A DNA stretch of 56,106 bases from Thermoanaerobaculia bacterium (GTDB lineage Bacteria; Acidobacteriota; Thermoanaerobaculia; Gp7-AA8): the NCBI GenBank assembly GCA_035255945.1, contig DATEZA010000280.1:1-56106 (forward strand). Direction: 5' to 3'. The first letter of the stretch is position 1, and each line of letters starts with the position of its first letter. A model generated the notes under the pieces. That model saw nothing but the letters and a program-made list of their open reading frames with translations, made no database searches and was not told where the DNA came from. The position numbers were made by a program, and so were the translations under genes. Shown here in pieces: positions 36,476 through 46,125 of this stretch.

Positions 36476-37222
36476 CTACGAAAACGTCGCCACCACCGGC
36501 GCGTGATCGCTCGTGCCGGTTTCGCGCAGCGACGGACACGACACCGCGCGCGATGCGAGCGATTGCGATGCGAGCACGTAATCGAGGCGCCAGCCGATGT
36601 TGCGCTGGCGCATGTTCCGCCACGGCGCCCACCACGTGTAGTAATCGTCCGCGCCGGGATAGAGCCTGCGGCCGACATCGTCGAGTCCCTGCGCGATCAG
36701 TTTCTCCAGCAGGTCGCGCTCTTCCTGCCGCTGTCCGATGATGTTCGGCTTGCGCTCCTTCGGATGCACGTCCATGTCGGTGCGCGCGATGTTCATGTCG
36801 CCGCAGAGCACGAGCTTCGTCCCGTCCTTCTGCACGTCGGCGGCGTAATCGATCAACTCGTTCAGGAACGCGATCTTCGCCGCGTAATCCTTGCCGCCGT
36901 TCGGGACGTACACCGATGCGAATACCGTGTCGCCCACGCGCGCCTGCACGATGCGGGTCTCGTTGTCGAAGTGCGGATGCGAGAACTCCGGCGGCGTCTG
37001 TGCGGAGTCGAGCCGGATGTGCAGACCGACGCCCGAATATGCAGCGGCGCCATGCCAGTAGCACTTGAAGCCTTCGAGATCGCAGATGTTTGCAGGGATT
37101 TGCGCGGGTGATGCCTTCAATTCCTGCAGGCAGATCACATCCGGCTGTTCGCTCTGCACGAATGCTGCAAATTGCTCGTGTCGTGCGCGAATGCCGTTGA
37201 CGTTCCAGGTAGCGACTTTCAT
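36476..37222 (-). CDS. xth: Exodeoxyribonuclease III / AP endonuclease
   Basis: ATWNVNGIR, CLQELK, YSGV, SVYVPNG, GDMN, WRLDY, SDHAPV. Confidence 0.96.
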   Translation of the reverse strand: MKVATWNVNGIRARHEQFAAFVQSEQPDVICLQELKASPAQIPANICDLEGFKCYWHGAAAYSGVGLHIRLDSAQTPPEFSHPHFDNETRIVQARVGDTVFASVYVPNGGKDYAAKIAFLNELIDYAADVQKDGTKLVLCGDMNIARTDMDVHPKERKPNIIGQRQEERDLLEKLIAQGLDDVGRRLYPGADDYYTWWAPWRNMRQRNIGWRLDYVLASQSLASRAVSCPSLRETGTSDHAPVVATFS

Positions 37223-37256
37223 GTTGCGCGGATTTTAAACAAACGCAGGAGAACCT

Positions 37257-37934
37257 ATGCGCAAACTGGCCTTTCTCTCACTCCTCCTTCTCGCCTCCAC
37301 ATCCCTGTTCGCGCAGCCGTGGCGCGGTTCCGATCGCGGCCGCCGCGACCGCTACGGCTATCGCGACAACTACTTCGAGCTCACTCCGCTCGCCGGCTAT
37401 CGCTACGGCGGCACGATCTACTCGAGTGATACGGGCCTATTCAATCGCGACGTCGACATTGCCGGTGACGCGACCTACGGACTGAATCTCGGCATCCCGA
37501 TCAACGACTCCGGACTCAAGCTCGAGCTGCTCGTCGATCGGCAGCGCTCGCATCTCACGACCGGCGGCAGTGATCTCTTCGGTTCCGACCTCCGGCTCGC
37601 GCGCATCGACACGACGTACTACCAGGCCGGCATCCTGGTGCCGTTCTCGCGCTCGCGCAATCTCACGCCGTACTTCGCGCTCGACGCCGGCATCGCCACT
37701 CTCGACATCGACGTCCCCGGCACCTCGGCCGCGAACCGCTTCGCCGCATCGGCCGCGATCGGACTGAAGTTCCCGGTCGCCGACAACATCGGCATCAAGA
37801 TCGAAGAGCGCGGCTTCTTCGCGAACACCGGTAGCTACAACAACGATCGCTGCGGCTTCTTCGACTGCAACAGCAGGAACGACACGAATCTGTATCAGGG
37901 GGAGACGACGGTGGGGGTGAGCTTTAAGTTTTGA
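37257..37934 (+). CDS. Outer-membrane beta-barrel protein
   Basis: GGAG RBS, signal peptide, alternating beta strands, C-terminal VSFKF. Confidence 0.85.
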   Translation: MRKLAFLSLLLLASTSLFAQPWRGSDRGRRDRYGYRDNYFELTPLAGYRYGGTIYSSDTGLFNRDVDIAGDATYGLNLGIPINDSGLKLELLVDRQRSHLTTGGSDLFGSDLRLARIDTTYYQAGILVPFSRSRNLTPYFALDAGIATLDIDVPGTSAANRFAASAAIGLKFPVADNIGIKIEERGFFANTGSYNNDRCGFFDCNSRNDTNLYQGETTVGVSFKF

Positions 37935-37942
37935 ATGTTCGG

Positions 37943-38058
37943 GGATTGAACGCAGAACGCAGAACGCAGAGTCAGAATTTAGAAAAAGAGACGTGCGCGA
38001 AGCGCCACCTCAATTCTTGATTCTGCGTTCTGCGCTCTGCGTTCTGCGTTCAATCCCC
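37943..38058. repeat. Long hairpin made of inverted GCAGAAC heptamer arrays between convergent genes
   Basis: gggattgaacgcagaacgcagaacgcagagtcagaatt ... aattcttgattctgcgttctgcgctctgcgttctgcgttcaatccc. Confidence 0.9.
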
Positions 38059-38065
38059 GGTCGGC

Positions 38066-39097
38066 CTACTGCCATTTGAAGAAGCGCAGCGCCAACGCAA
38101 AGCACACCGCTCCCCACGCCACCAGCACGCCCACCGGCGCCGCGATGGCCAGCCATCCGGCACCGTCGTTCATCACGGCGCGCAGCGAATCGTTGAGCGC
38201 GGTCAGCGGCAGCGCGCGGATGAACGGCTTCGCTGCATCGGGGAAACGCTCGTAAGAGAAGAAGACGCCGGAGCAGATCCACATCGGCACCATCACGAGA
38301 TTCATCATGCCGCTCACCGCCTCGATCGTGGCGGCGCGCGACGCAACGAGCAGACCGATCCCGCTGAATGCGAAGCCGCCGATGAGGCAAAGAATCGCGA
38401 ACGTGATCAGCGACCCGTGCACTTTCACGTTGAACACGAGCCACGCGAACACGATCAGGAACGCGACTTCGGCGGTGAGAAAGATCAATCGCGAGAAGAA
38501 CTGCGCGAGCAGGTAGTCGGACTTGCGCATCGGCGTCGCGATGAGCCGCTTGAGCAGCTTCTTCATGCGCGCGTTCACGATGCTGAAGCCGACGCCCCAC
38601 ATGCCGGTGCCCATCAGGTTCATGCCGAGGAGTCCGGGAACGAGGAAGTCGATGTAGCGCGAGCCCTGCTCGCTGACGTGCTCTTCGCGCGATGTGAACT
38701 TGTCCGCACGTCCAGCAGCGCGTTGCAACGCATCATCCGCTTCGACCCGTGCGGTGCGCGCATCGGGGCGCGTCGGATCGAAGCGGTAGACCGGCTGCCG
38801 ATCGCCTTCCACGAGCAGCGTGATCTTGCCGGTGCGCAATTGATCCTTCGCTTGTTCCGGCGACAGCAGGCGCGTCAGCAGCACGGGCGATTTCGACAGC
38901 GCGGCCGCCCACTCCGCCGCGTGCGGACCATGCACGACCGCGATCGGAATCTGGTCGGGCGGCTTCGAGCGGAACGCGAATCCGAGTGCGAGCGTCAGCA
39001 GCAGCGGAAACGCGAAGACCCAGAACACGGCTTCGGGCTCGCGGATGAATTCGCGGACGCGCGACTTGGTCAGTTCGACAATCGCCGGATCAGGCAT
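38066..39097 (-). CDS. ABC-2 type transporter permease
   Basis: REPEAVFWVF.FP, YIDFLVPGLLGM, KRLIATP, SGVFF, LPLT. Confidence 0.93.
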   Translation of the reverse strand: MPDPAIVELTKSRVREFIREPEAVFWVFAFPLLLTLALGFAFRSKPPDQIPIAVVHGPHAAEWAAALSKSPVLLTRLLSPEQAKDQLRTGKITLLVEGDRQPVYRFDPTRPDARTARVEADDALQRAAGRADKFTSREEHVSEQGSRYIDFLVPGLLGMNLMGTGMWGVGFSIVNARMKKLLKRLIATPMRKSDYLLAQFFSRLIFLTAEVAFLIVFAWLVFNVKVHGSLITFAILCLIGGFAFSGIGLLVASRAATIEAVSGMMNLVMVPMWICSGVFFSYERFPDAAKPFIRALPLTALNDSLRAVMNDGAGWLAIAAPVGVLVAWGAVCFALALRFFKWQ

Positions 39098-40016
39098 CGC
39101 GCAGCTCCCGTCCCGTCAATGCGACGAACAGATCTTCGAGTGTCGCCGCATGCGTCGACAGCGTGACCAGCTTCGAGCCGCTCTTCTCCACGATTGCGAT
39201 CAATCGCGGCACCGCTTCCGCGAGCGAGTCGACGCGCAGCTGCCATCCCGGACCGCGTTTCGCGCAGCCGTGGTAGCCAACGCAGAGATCATCGAACGCT
39301 TCGGCCGGCATCGCGGGCTCGCTGGTGAACTCGATGATGTTCGGCGCGTCGAGCTTCGCGATCAACTCATCCGGCGTACCGCGTGCGATGACCTTGCCGT
39401 GATCGACGATCGCGATGTGATCGCAGAGGCGCTGTGCTTCATCCATGTAGTGCGTCGTCAGCAGCACCGTGCCACCGCCCGCGCGAAATCGCGTCACCAC
39501 TTCCCACAACTGCAATCGTGATTGCGGATCGAGTCCCGTCGTCGGCTCATCGAGAAAAAGAATGTCGGGCTGCCCGACCAGCGCGCAGGCGACGGCGAGC
39601 CGCTGCTTCTGTCCGCCCGACAATTTGCCGACGCGCGAATTCCGTTTTTCTTCGAGCGACAGCGTGCGCAGCAGCTCGTCCGGCTCGTGCCCTTCGCGAT
39701 AGAAAGAACGGAAAAGCGTCAGCGTCTCGATGACCGTCAGCTTGTCGGTGAATTGCGTTTCCTGCAGCGAGATGCCGATGCGTTCGCGCAGCTCGCGCGC
39801 GTGACCGTTCCAGCGCATGCCGAGGACTTCGACGTCGCCGCCGTCGGCAGGCGTGAGTCCTTCGAGAATCTCGATGGTCGTCGTTTTGCCCGCGCCGTTC
39901 GGGCCGAGGAGACCGAAGCATTCGCCGCGCGCAATGATCAGATCGACGCCGTCGACTGCTTTGACATCGGGGTAATGCTTGCGCAGATCGCGGCAGTGAA
40001 TCGCGGACTCTGACAT
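39090..40016 (-). CDS. ABC transporter ATP-binding protein
   Basis: GPNGAGKTT, LSGGQKQRL, FLDEPTTGLD, TTHYMDEA. Confidence 0.96.
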   Translation of the reverse strand: MSESAIHCRDLRKHYPDVKAVDGVDLIIARGECFGLLGPNGAGKTTTIEILEGLTPADGGDVEVLGMRWNGHARELRERIGISLQETQFTDKLTVIETLTLFRSFYREGHEPDELLRTLSLEEKRNSRVGKLSGGQKQRLAVACALVGQPDILFLDEPTTGLDPQSRLQLWEVVTRFRAGGGTVLLTTHYMDEAQRLCDHIAIVDHGKVIARGTPDELIAKLDAPNIIEFTSEPAMPAEAFDDLCVGYHGCAKRGPGWQLRVDSLAEAVPRLIAIVEKSGSKLVTLSTHAATLEDLFVALTGRELRDA

Positions 40017-40041
40017 GGTCGCGCGACGATAACATTACGGC

Positions 40042-40356
40042 ATGACGGCACAGAACAAGCCTCCCCGAACCTTCGATGAATTCAGCGCCACGTTTCCCAA
40101 ACTCCGCGAAGCGTGGGACCTCCTCGGCGATGCAGCGAAGGAAGGTCCGCTCGACGAGAAGACGCAGCGGCTGATCAAGCTCGCGGTTGCGGTCGGTGCG
40201 ATGCGCGAAGGCGCGGTGCATTCGAGCGTACGCAAAGGACGTTCGGCCGGCGTGACGGAAGCGGAGATGAATCAGGTCGTGGCGCTCGCATCGAGTGTGA
40301 TCGGGATGCCGAGCGCCGTCGCGGTGTGGACGTGGATTCGCGATGAAAGCAAATGA
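40042..40356 (+). CDS. Carboxymuconolactone decarboxylase (CMD/AhpD-like) family protein
   Basis: PLDEKTQRLIKLAVAV, GAVHSS.RK, V.L....IGMPSA. Confidence 0.85.
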   Translation: MTAQNKPPRTFDEFSATFPKLREAWDLLGDAAKEGPLDEKTQRLIKLAVAVGAMREGAVHSSVRKGRSAGVTEAEMNQVVALASSVIGMPSAVAVWTWIRDESK

Positions 40357-41236
40357 GCTTCGCATCGGCGTCGTCGCTGCCGGCGTGAATCGCGCGGACC
40401 TGTTGCAGGCCGCAGGGCATTACCCGCCACCGCCCGGCGCATCCGAAATTCTCGGTCTCGAATGCGCGGGCATCGTGCGCGAGTGCGGTTCCGGCGTCAT
40501 CGGATTCACGCGCGGCGATCGCGTGATGGCGCTGCTCGCGGGCGGCGGATACGCGGAGGAAGTCGTCGTCGACGCGGGCTCCGCGATGCATGTGCCCGAA
40601 GCGCTGAGCGACGAAGAAGCGGCGGCGATTCCGGAAGTGTTCCTCACCGTCTTCCTCACGATCTTTCAACTCGCGCGAGCGCAGCGCGGCGAGTCGGTGC
40701 TCATTCACGGCGGCGGCAGCGGCATCGGCACCGCAGCGACGACGCTCTGCAAGCTCGCCGGCATGCGCGTGCTCGTCACGGCGGGCTCGGACGATAAATG
40801 CGCGCGTTGCATCGAGCACGGCGCGGATGTCGCGATCAACTACAAAACCGAGGACTTCGCGGAGAAGGCGAAGGGCGTCGATGTCATCCTCGATCACATC
40901 GGCGCGCCGTATCTGCCGCGCGATCTTTCCGCGCTCGCAACCGGCGGACGCGTCGTGATCATCGGCAGCATGGGCGGCTCGCGCATGGCGGAGATCGACG
41001 TCAACTCGCTCCTCGGCAAACGTCAGCAGATCATCGGCTCGACGCTGCGCGCGCGGCCAGTGCACGAGAAGGCTGCGCTGGTCGCGGCGTTCGTCGAGCG
41101 CTTCGGCGACGATCTGCGCGAAGGACGCATTCGTCCGGTGATTTCGGATGTGCTGCCGGTCGATCGTTTTGCGGATGCGCATCGAAAGATGGAGTCATCG
41201 GAGCACTTCGGAAAAATCGTGCTGCGCGTCACGTGA
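40343..41236 (+). CDS. NAD(P)H-quinone oxidoreductase, PIG3/zeta-crystallin family; N-terminus appears ~25 aa short
   Basis: AAGVNRADLLQ..G.YPPPPGASEILGLEC, IHGGGSGIG, IIGSTLRAR, HFGKIVL. Confidence 0.88.
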   Translation: MKANELRIGVVAAGVNRADLLQAAGHYPPPPGASEILGLECAGIVRECGSGVIGFTRGDRVMALLAGGGYAEEVVVDAGSAMHVPEALSDEEAAAIPEVFLTVFLTIFQLARAQRGESVLIHGGGSGIGTAATTLCKLAGMRVLVTAGSDDKCARCIEHGADVAINYKTEDFAEKAKGVDVILDHIGAPYLPRDLSALATGGRVVIIGSMGGSRMAEIDVNSLLGKRQQIIGSTLRARPVHEKAALVAAFVERFGDDLREGRIRPVISDVLPVDRFADAHRKMESSEHFGKIVLRVT

Positions 41237-41699
41237 GCGCGAACCCCGCCCAGATCTTCACGTCGATCAGCACATCGGGATGACTGGCGATCCATGCGCG
41301 GAGGCCGTCGTGTGCGATGAGATGCACGGTGATCGCATCCTCGGCGTCGCCGGTTTTCTTTACCGAGCTCGCGCGATAAAAGCTCACCAGCTCCGAGGTG
41401 ATGCCGGGCGAGGTCGGACACTTCGCGAGGAATTCGACTTCATCGCACGTGTAGCCCGTTTCCTCTTCGAGCTCTTTGCGCGCAGTCGCGGCCGGATCGT
41501 TCTCGCCGTCATCGCCGACGAGTCCGGCCGGCCAGTCGAGCACCTTCGTATCGACAGGGCGCCGGTATTGCTCGACGAAGATGAACTTGCCGTCATCCGT
41601 CGCCGCGATCACCGCGACGGCTTCTTTGCCTTTTTTGCGCTCGACGTACTCCCAGCCGTCGCGCTCGCAGACGATCACGTGCTTGCCTTGGAAGATCAA
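41229..41699 (-). CDS. NUDIX hydrolase (ADP-ribose pyrophosphatase-like)
   Basis: VEQYRRP, PAGLVG...ARKELEEETGY; start uncertain (TTG at 41699 chosen). Confidence 0.85.
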   Translation of the reverse strand: MIFQGKHVIVCERDGWEYVERKKGKEAVAVIAATDDGKFIFVEQYRRPVDTKVLDWPAGLVGDDGENDPAATARKELEEETGYTCDEVEFLAKCPTSPGITSELVSFYRASSVKKTGDAEDAITVHLIAHDGLRAWIASHPDVLIDVKIWAGFALT

Positions 41700-41713
41700 T
41701 CGATACCCCCATC

Positions 41714-41816
41714 GGAGCGCGGGCGTCCTCGCCCGCAGTGCGCGGGCGTCCCGCCCGGGCACCGAATGGTCGCCGGCCGAGACGGCCGCCGACTGCGGAC
41801 GAGACGTCCGCGCTCC
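41714..41816. repeat. REP/REPIN-like palindrome, GGAGCGCGGGCGTCC family (copy 3), 2 nt from the radical SAM stop
   Basis: Outer arms match 2259-2360; the inner stem differs. Confidence 0.9.
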
Positions 41817-41818
41817 AT

Positions 41819-42859
41819 TCAAAACAGCGTTCCTTGTGGCAGCCTGCGCCGGAATGCGGCTGTGCTCAATTCGTAATTGCGTTCGTTCAATCCGAGGCGG
41901 CGGCAGCTGACGTCGAAAATGGCCTGGATCTGCTCGGCGAAGATTCCTTTGCCGCGCTGCCGCACGCGCCACGTCGAATCGTAGAGCTTTCCCTCGCGCA
42001 AATCGCGGATGCGATTCATCACCTTCTCCTTGCGATCGGGGAAATGCTCCTCGAGCCATTTCTCGAACAGCGGCGCGACCGCCCAGGGCAAGCGCAGCAC
42101 GACGAAGCCCGCTTCGACTGCGCCCGCGTCGCGCGCGGCGGTGAGGATCTTCACCATCTCGTGCTCCGTGATCGCCGGTACGACCGGCGCGACCATCACC
42201 GCGACCGGCACTCCTGCCTTCGCAAGCTGCTCGATGGCGGCCAGCCGCAGCTCTGGCGTCGACGCACGCGGCTCCATGATCCGCGCCACCTCGGGGTCGA
42301 GCGTGGTGATCGACAGCGCGACTTTCGCCGTGTTGTACTTGGCGAGCTCGGCGAGGTGATCGACATCGCGCGTGATGAGGTGATTCTTCGTGATCATCGC
42401 GACGGGATTGCGAAATTCGGCGAGGACGCCGAGGCAGCGGCGCGTGAGCTCGAGCTTGCGCTCGACCGGCTGGTACGGATCGGTGACGCCGCACATCATC
42501 AGCGTCTGCGGCTTCCAGCTCTTCGCGTTCAGCTCTTCGCGCAGCAGCTTCGGCGCATCTTCCTTGACCATGATCCTGGTCTCGAAATCGAGTCCGGCGG
42601 ACATGCCGAGGTATTCGTGCGTCGGACGGGCGAAGCAGTAGATACAGCCGTGCTCGCAGCCGCGATACGGATTGAGACTGGCGTCGAAGCCGACATCGGG
42701 ACTGTCGTTGTATGCGATCGCGGTGCGGCTCGGATCGCGCAGGTAGTTCGTGTGCGGCGCGCCGTCGTCCTCGGTGTACTCGTCGTCGCGGATGTACTCG
42801 AGCGTCTCGAAGCGGTTGTGTGGATTCCAGCTGGCGCCGCGGCCTTTGATTGCGCTCAT
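41819..42859 (-). CDS. PA0069/Rv2578c-family radical SAM protein (SplB-like)
   Basis: SLNPYRGCEHGCIYCFARPTHEY, TDPYQP.E, ITKN..I.RD, MEPRA. Confidence 0.93.
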   Translation of the reverse strand: MSAIKGRGASWNPHNRFETLEYIRDDEYTEDDGAPHTNYLRDPSRTAIAYNDSPDVGFDASLNPYRGCEHGCIYCFARPTHEYLGMSAGLDFETRIMVKEDAPKLLREELNAKSWKPQTLMMCGVTDPYQPVERKLELTRRCLGVLAEFRNPVAMITKNHLITRDVDHLAELAKYNTAKVALSITTLDPEVARIMEPRASTPELRLAAIEQLAKAGVPVAVMVAPVVPAITEHEMVKILTAARDAGAVEAGFVVLRLPWAVAPLFEKWLEEHFPDRKEKVMNRIRDLREGKLYDSTWRVRQRGKGIFAEQIQAIFDVSCRRLGLNERNYELSTAAFRRRLPQGTLF

Positions 42860-42912
42860 GTGAGCACCGCCAGGCCGGCCAACTCTCCCGATCGTAGAGT
42901 CGCAGCAAAGCC

Positions 42913-42965
42913 GTGTGGCGCCGCCGACCTCGGCGGCGAACGCCGGCGGGTCGCCGGCGCCACAC
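42913..42965. repeat. GTGTGG-tagged palindromic repeat
   Basis: gtgtggcgccgccgacctcggcggcg ... cgccggcgccacac; related to 22988-23040 and ~23185-23236. Confidence 0.8.
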
Positions 42966-43103
42966 TGCTGGACCAGACGGCTTCGCCCTTTTTCGGTTCA
43001 CACACACTGCTCCGTTCTAAAGACTGTCGCGGGAGGATCATTGGTCTCACGAATCGAGCGTATCGCGGGCGTCAAGAAAATCTACGAGCGGTGGAATCGC
43101 GAG

Positions 43104-44321
43104 CTACGTTTCGTGAAGATTCTTTAATCGGCGGAGCTGCGGAAACCGCATCGCGATCAATGCAACGACCACCAGCGTCATCGTCCCGCCGAAGATCACG
43201 CTCGGCACGACGCCGAGGAGTTTCGCGGCGACGCCTGACTCGAATGCACCGATCTCGTTCGATGCGCCGATGAAAATCTGGTTCACCGACGACACGCGTC
43301 CGAGCATTTCGGTCGGCGTGCGCACCTGCAGCAGCGTGCCGCGGATGATCACGCTGATGTTGTCCGCCATGCCGCTCGCGATGAGGACGGCGAACGACAA
43401 CCAGAAATTGCGCGACACCGCGAACGCGATCATCAGCACGCCGAAGATCGCGACGACCGTGAACAGCGTCACGCCGGCGCGCTGCATCGGCGGACGATGC
43501 GCGATCCACAAGCCGATGAGAATCGATCCGATTGCCGGCGCGGCGCGCAGCATGCCGAGGCCTTCGGGGCCGGCTTTGAGCATCGTCGCGAATGCGGGGA
43601 GGAGTGCGACCGCGCCGCCGAAAAGCACGGCGAAGAGGTCAAGCGTCATCGCGCCGAGCATCACCGGGTCGGCCGTGATGAATTTGATTCCGGCGACGAG
43701 ACTCTCGCTGACCGGCGTCCGTGTTTCGATCACGGGCGCGGTCCGGCGTTTGATCGCAATGACATAGCACAACGAGAGCACGAGCAGCACCGACACGCCG
43801 GCATACGCGCCCGCCGGTCCGATGAATCCGTACGCGATGCCGCCCAGTGCCGGCCCGAGGATCGCGGCGAATTGCCACGTCGAGCTGCGCCACGCGACAG
43901 CGTTCGGATAGATCTCGCGATCGACGACTTCCGCAGACAACGCCGTCACCGCGGGACGGGTGAAACTGCGCGCAATGCCGCTTAGAAAAATGACGAGGTA
44001 GATCGGCCACACGCTTCTGAATCCGGCGAGCGTGAAGAGGAGCAGCGCGATCGCGGAAAGGAGAATGCCGAACGTGCCGGCGATCGCGATCGTGCGTCGC
44101 GTGACGCGATCGGCGAGATGTCCCGCATACAACGCGACGCCGATGAACGGCAGCGCCTCGGCGAGTCCGATGAGGCCGAGAGTCAACGGATCGCCGGTCT
44201 GTGCGTACACCTGCCAGCCGACGACGACGATCTGCGCTTCGCGCGCAACGGTGGCCGTTGCATAACTGAAGAGAATGCGCCGGAAATCGGGGCTGCGGAG
44301 GGAGGCGTAGGCGTCGTGCAA
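43104..44321 (-). CDS. MFS transporter (H+ antiporter/EntS-like)
   Basis: GHLADRVTRR motif A variant, ~12 TM, GPALGG, P.EMLGRV.S; TTG start chosen just downstream of the REP. Confidence 0.9.
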   Translation of the reverse strand: MHDAYASLRSPDFRRILFSYATATVAREAQIVVVGWQVYAQTGDPLTLGLIGLAEALPFIGVALYAGHLADRVTRRTIAIAGTFGILLSAIALLLFTLAGFRSVWPIYLVIFLSGIARSFTRPAVTALSAEVVDREIYPNAVAWRSSTWQFAAILGPALGGIAYGFIGPAGAYAGVSVLLVLSLCYVIAIKRRTAPVIETRTPVSESLVAGIKFITADPVMLGAMTLDLFAVLFGGAVALLPAFATMLKAGPEGLGMLRAAPAIGSILIGLWIAHRPPMQRAGVTLFTVVAIFGVLMIAFAVSRNFWLSFAVLIASGMADNISVIIRGTLLQVRTPTEMLGRVSSVNQIFIGASNEIGAFESGVAAKLLGVVPSVIFGGTMTLVVVALIAMRFPQLRRLKNLHET

Positions 44322-44325
44322 AGGC

Positions 44326-44434
44326 GGAGTGCGGCGGCCGTGCCGCCGCTGCATTGTCGCCGCGACGGCCATGCCGTCGCAACCGCGGCATGGCCGCGGA
44401 GTGTAAACAAGCGGCGGCATGGCCGCCGCACTCC
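44326..44434. repeat. REPIN-like nested palindrome, GGAGTGCGGCGGC family
   Basis: ggagtgcggcggccgtgccgccgc ... gcggcggcatggccgccgcactcc with inner ccgcgacggccatgcc / ggcatggccgcgg. Confidence 0.9.
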
Positions 44435-44448
44435 AAAAGCATAAACTG

Positions 44449-46125
44449 ATGTCCTTCATGCACGAGCAATGGATTCCGCAAAGCCGCGCCGAGCGGCTCA
44501 TTGCGTCGGGGCGATCCGTGCTCGCCGCCGCGTCCCTCGGTGCGGTCTATCTCGAGCCGGCCGCGCATCCACAGCTCACCGCGTGGCTCGCCGGCCTCTA
44601 CACGCTCTACGCGCTCGGCTTCCTCGTCTGGACGCTCTTCGGTCCGGCGGGACTCGAGCTCCGCGTCAGCATCGCGACGCACGCGCTCGACCTCGCGATC
44701 TTCGGCGCGATCAACTATCTCTCCACCGGCGGCACGACCAGTCCGTTTTTCGTCTACTTCGTCTTCAGCATCGTTTGCGCGATGCTCCGCTTCGGGCGCC
44801 GCGGCACGATGATCACCGCGGGCGCCGCGTTTGTCGTCTTCGTCGTCAGTTCTCTCGCGCACATCGAGAGCGGCGAGCTCAATCGCTTTCTGATTCGCGC
44901 CGTGTATCTCGTCGTCGCCGCGTCGCTGCTCGTCTACATGGCCGATTACCTCCAGCGCATCCAGGCCGACCTCGCGCGCATCGCGCGCTGGCCGCGATCG
45001 CTGACGCAGAATCACGAGCGGCTGATCACCGAGGTCCTGCGCGAGCCGGCGCTGATCTTCGATGCGCAACGCGTGCTACTCGCCTACGAGCACGTCGCGA
45101 CGCGCTACGCATTTCTCGGCAAACGCGACGGCAACGATCTGCGCGTCGAGTCTGTGCCGCGGAACATCGCCGATCTCCTGCTCGACAGCAGCAGCGCGAT
45201 CTTCGTCCGCAGCGGATCGTTCGCCGCGGTGACACCGACGGAGACCGGCACGCTGACACAGGTCCGCGCCTCGCGCACGATTCCGCTCGCGGTGATCGCG
45301 CAGTACAACATCGAAGACGTCGTCGCGACGTCGTTCAACGGCGACTTCGTCCGCGGACGATTGTTGCTGCTCGATGGACGCCCGCCGCTGCTCGAAGAAG
45401 TGAACCTCTCGCGCATCGCGGGCGCGGTCATCGCGAGCCGGCTCGATCACTACCACGCGAGCGAGCAGCTGCAGCGCGGCGCGGTCGCGGAGGAGCGCGT
45501 GCGCGTCGCGCGCGACCTGCACGATTCGGTGCTGCAGGCGCTCACCGGCATCGCACTGCAACTGCGCACGATCCCGCGCGTGATGGTGCGCGATCGCGCG
45601 GAAGCGGAGGTGCGCCTCGGCGAGATCGAGCAGGTGATCGTCCGCGCGCAGAAAGATCTCCGCTGGTTCATCGAGCAACTGCATCCGGAGCGGCGCCGCG
45701 ACGACGACGAATCGGCGGCGATCGTGGAGCGCATCGGATCGATGTCGCAGCGCTTCGAACAGCAGTGGGGATTGAAGGTGGAGAACGACGTCGCGGCGGG
45801 GATCCATCAGCTGCCGATCGCGATGCGGCACGAGGTCTACACGCTGGTCAGCGAAGCGGTGGCGAACGCGGCGAAGCATGCGTCGGCGAGATCGGTGCAC
45901 GTTACGGCGGATGTCGACGACGGCGAGGTGTGGATCGATGTCGCCGATGACGGAAAGGGATTTCCGTTTCGCGGGCGCTACGGCGTTACGGAACTGACGA
46001 AGATGAAACAGGGGCCGGCCACATTGAAAGAGCGCGTGACCTCCCTCGGCGGATCGCTGATCGTCGACTCGACCGATCGCGGCTCGCGCATCGAGATCCG
46101 CCTGCCGCTTCCGGAGGGAGCATGA
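44449..46125 (+). CDS. Membrane sensor histidine kinase (HisKA_3/NarX-like)
   Basis: ~5 TM segments, GAF-like region, ERVRVARDLHDSVLQ, EAVANAAKHA, DDGKGF, ERV..LGG. Confidence 0.93.
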   Translation: MSFMHEQWIPQSRAERLIASGRSVLAAASLGAVYLEPAAHPQLTAWLAGLYTLYALGFLVWTLFGPAGLELRVSIATHALDLAIFGAINYLSTGGTTSPFFVYFVFSIVCAMLRFGRRGTMITAGAAFVVFVVSSLAHIESGELNRFLIRAVYLVVAASLLVYMADYLQRIQADLARIARWPRSLTQNHERLITEVLREPALIFDAQRVLLAYEHVATRYAFLGKRDGNDLRVESVPRNIADLLLDSSSAIFVRSGSFAAVTPTETGTLTQVRASRTIPLAVIAQYNIEDVVATSFNGDFVRGRLLLLDGRPPLLEEVNLSRIAGAVIASRLDHYHASEQLQRGAVAEERVRVARDLHDSVLQALTGIALQLRTIPRVMVRDRAEAEVRLGEIEQVIVRAQKDLRWFIEQLHPERRRDDDESAAIVERIGSMSQRFEQQWGLKVENDVAAGIHQLPIAMRHEVYTLVSEAVANAAKHASARSVHVTADVDDGEVWIDVADDGKGFPFRGRYGVTELTKMKQGPATLKERVTSLGGSLIVDSTDRGSRIEIRLPLPEGA

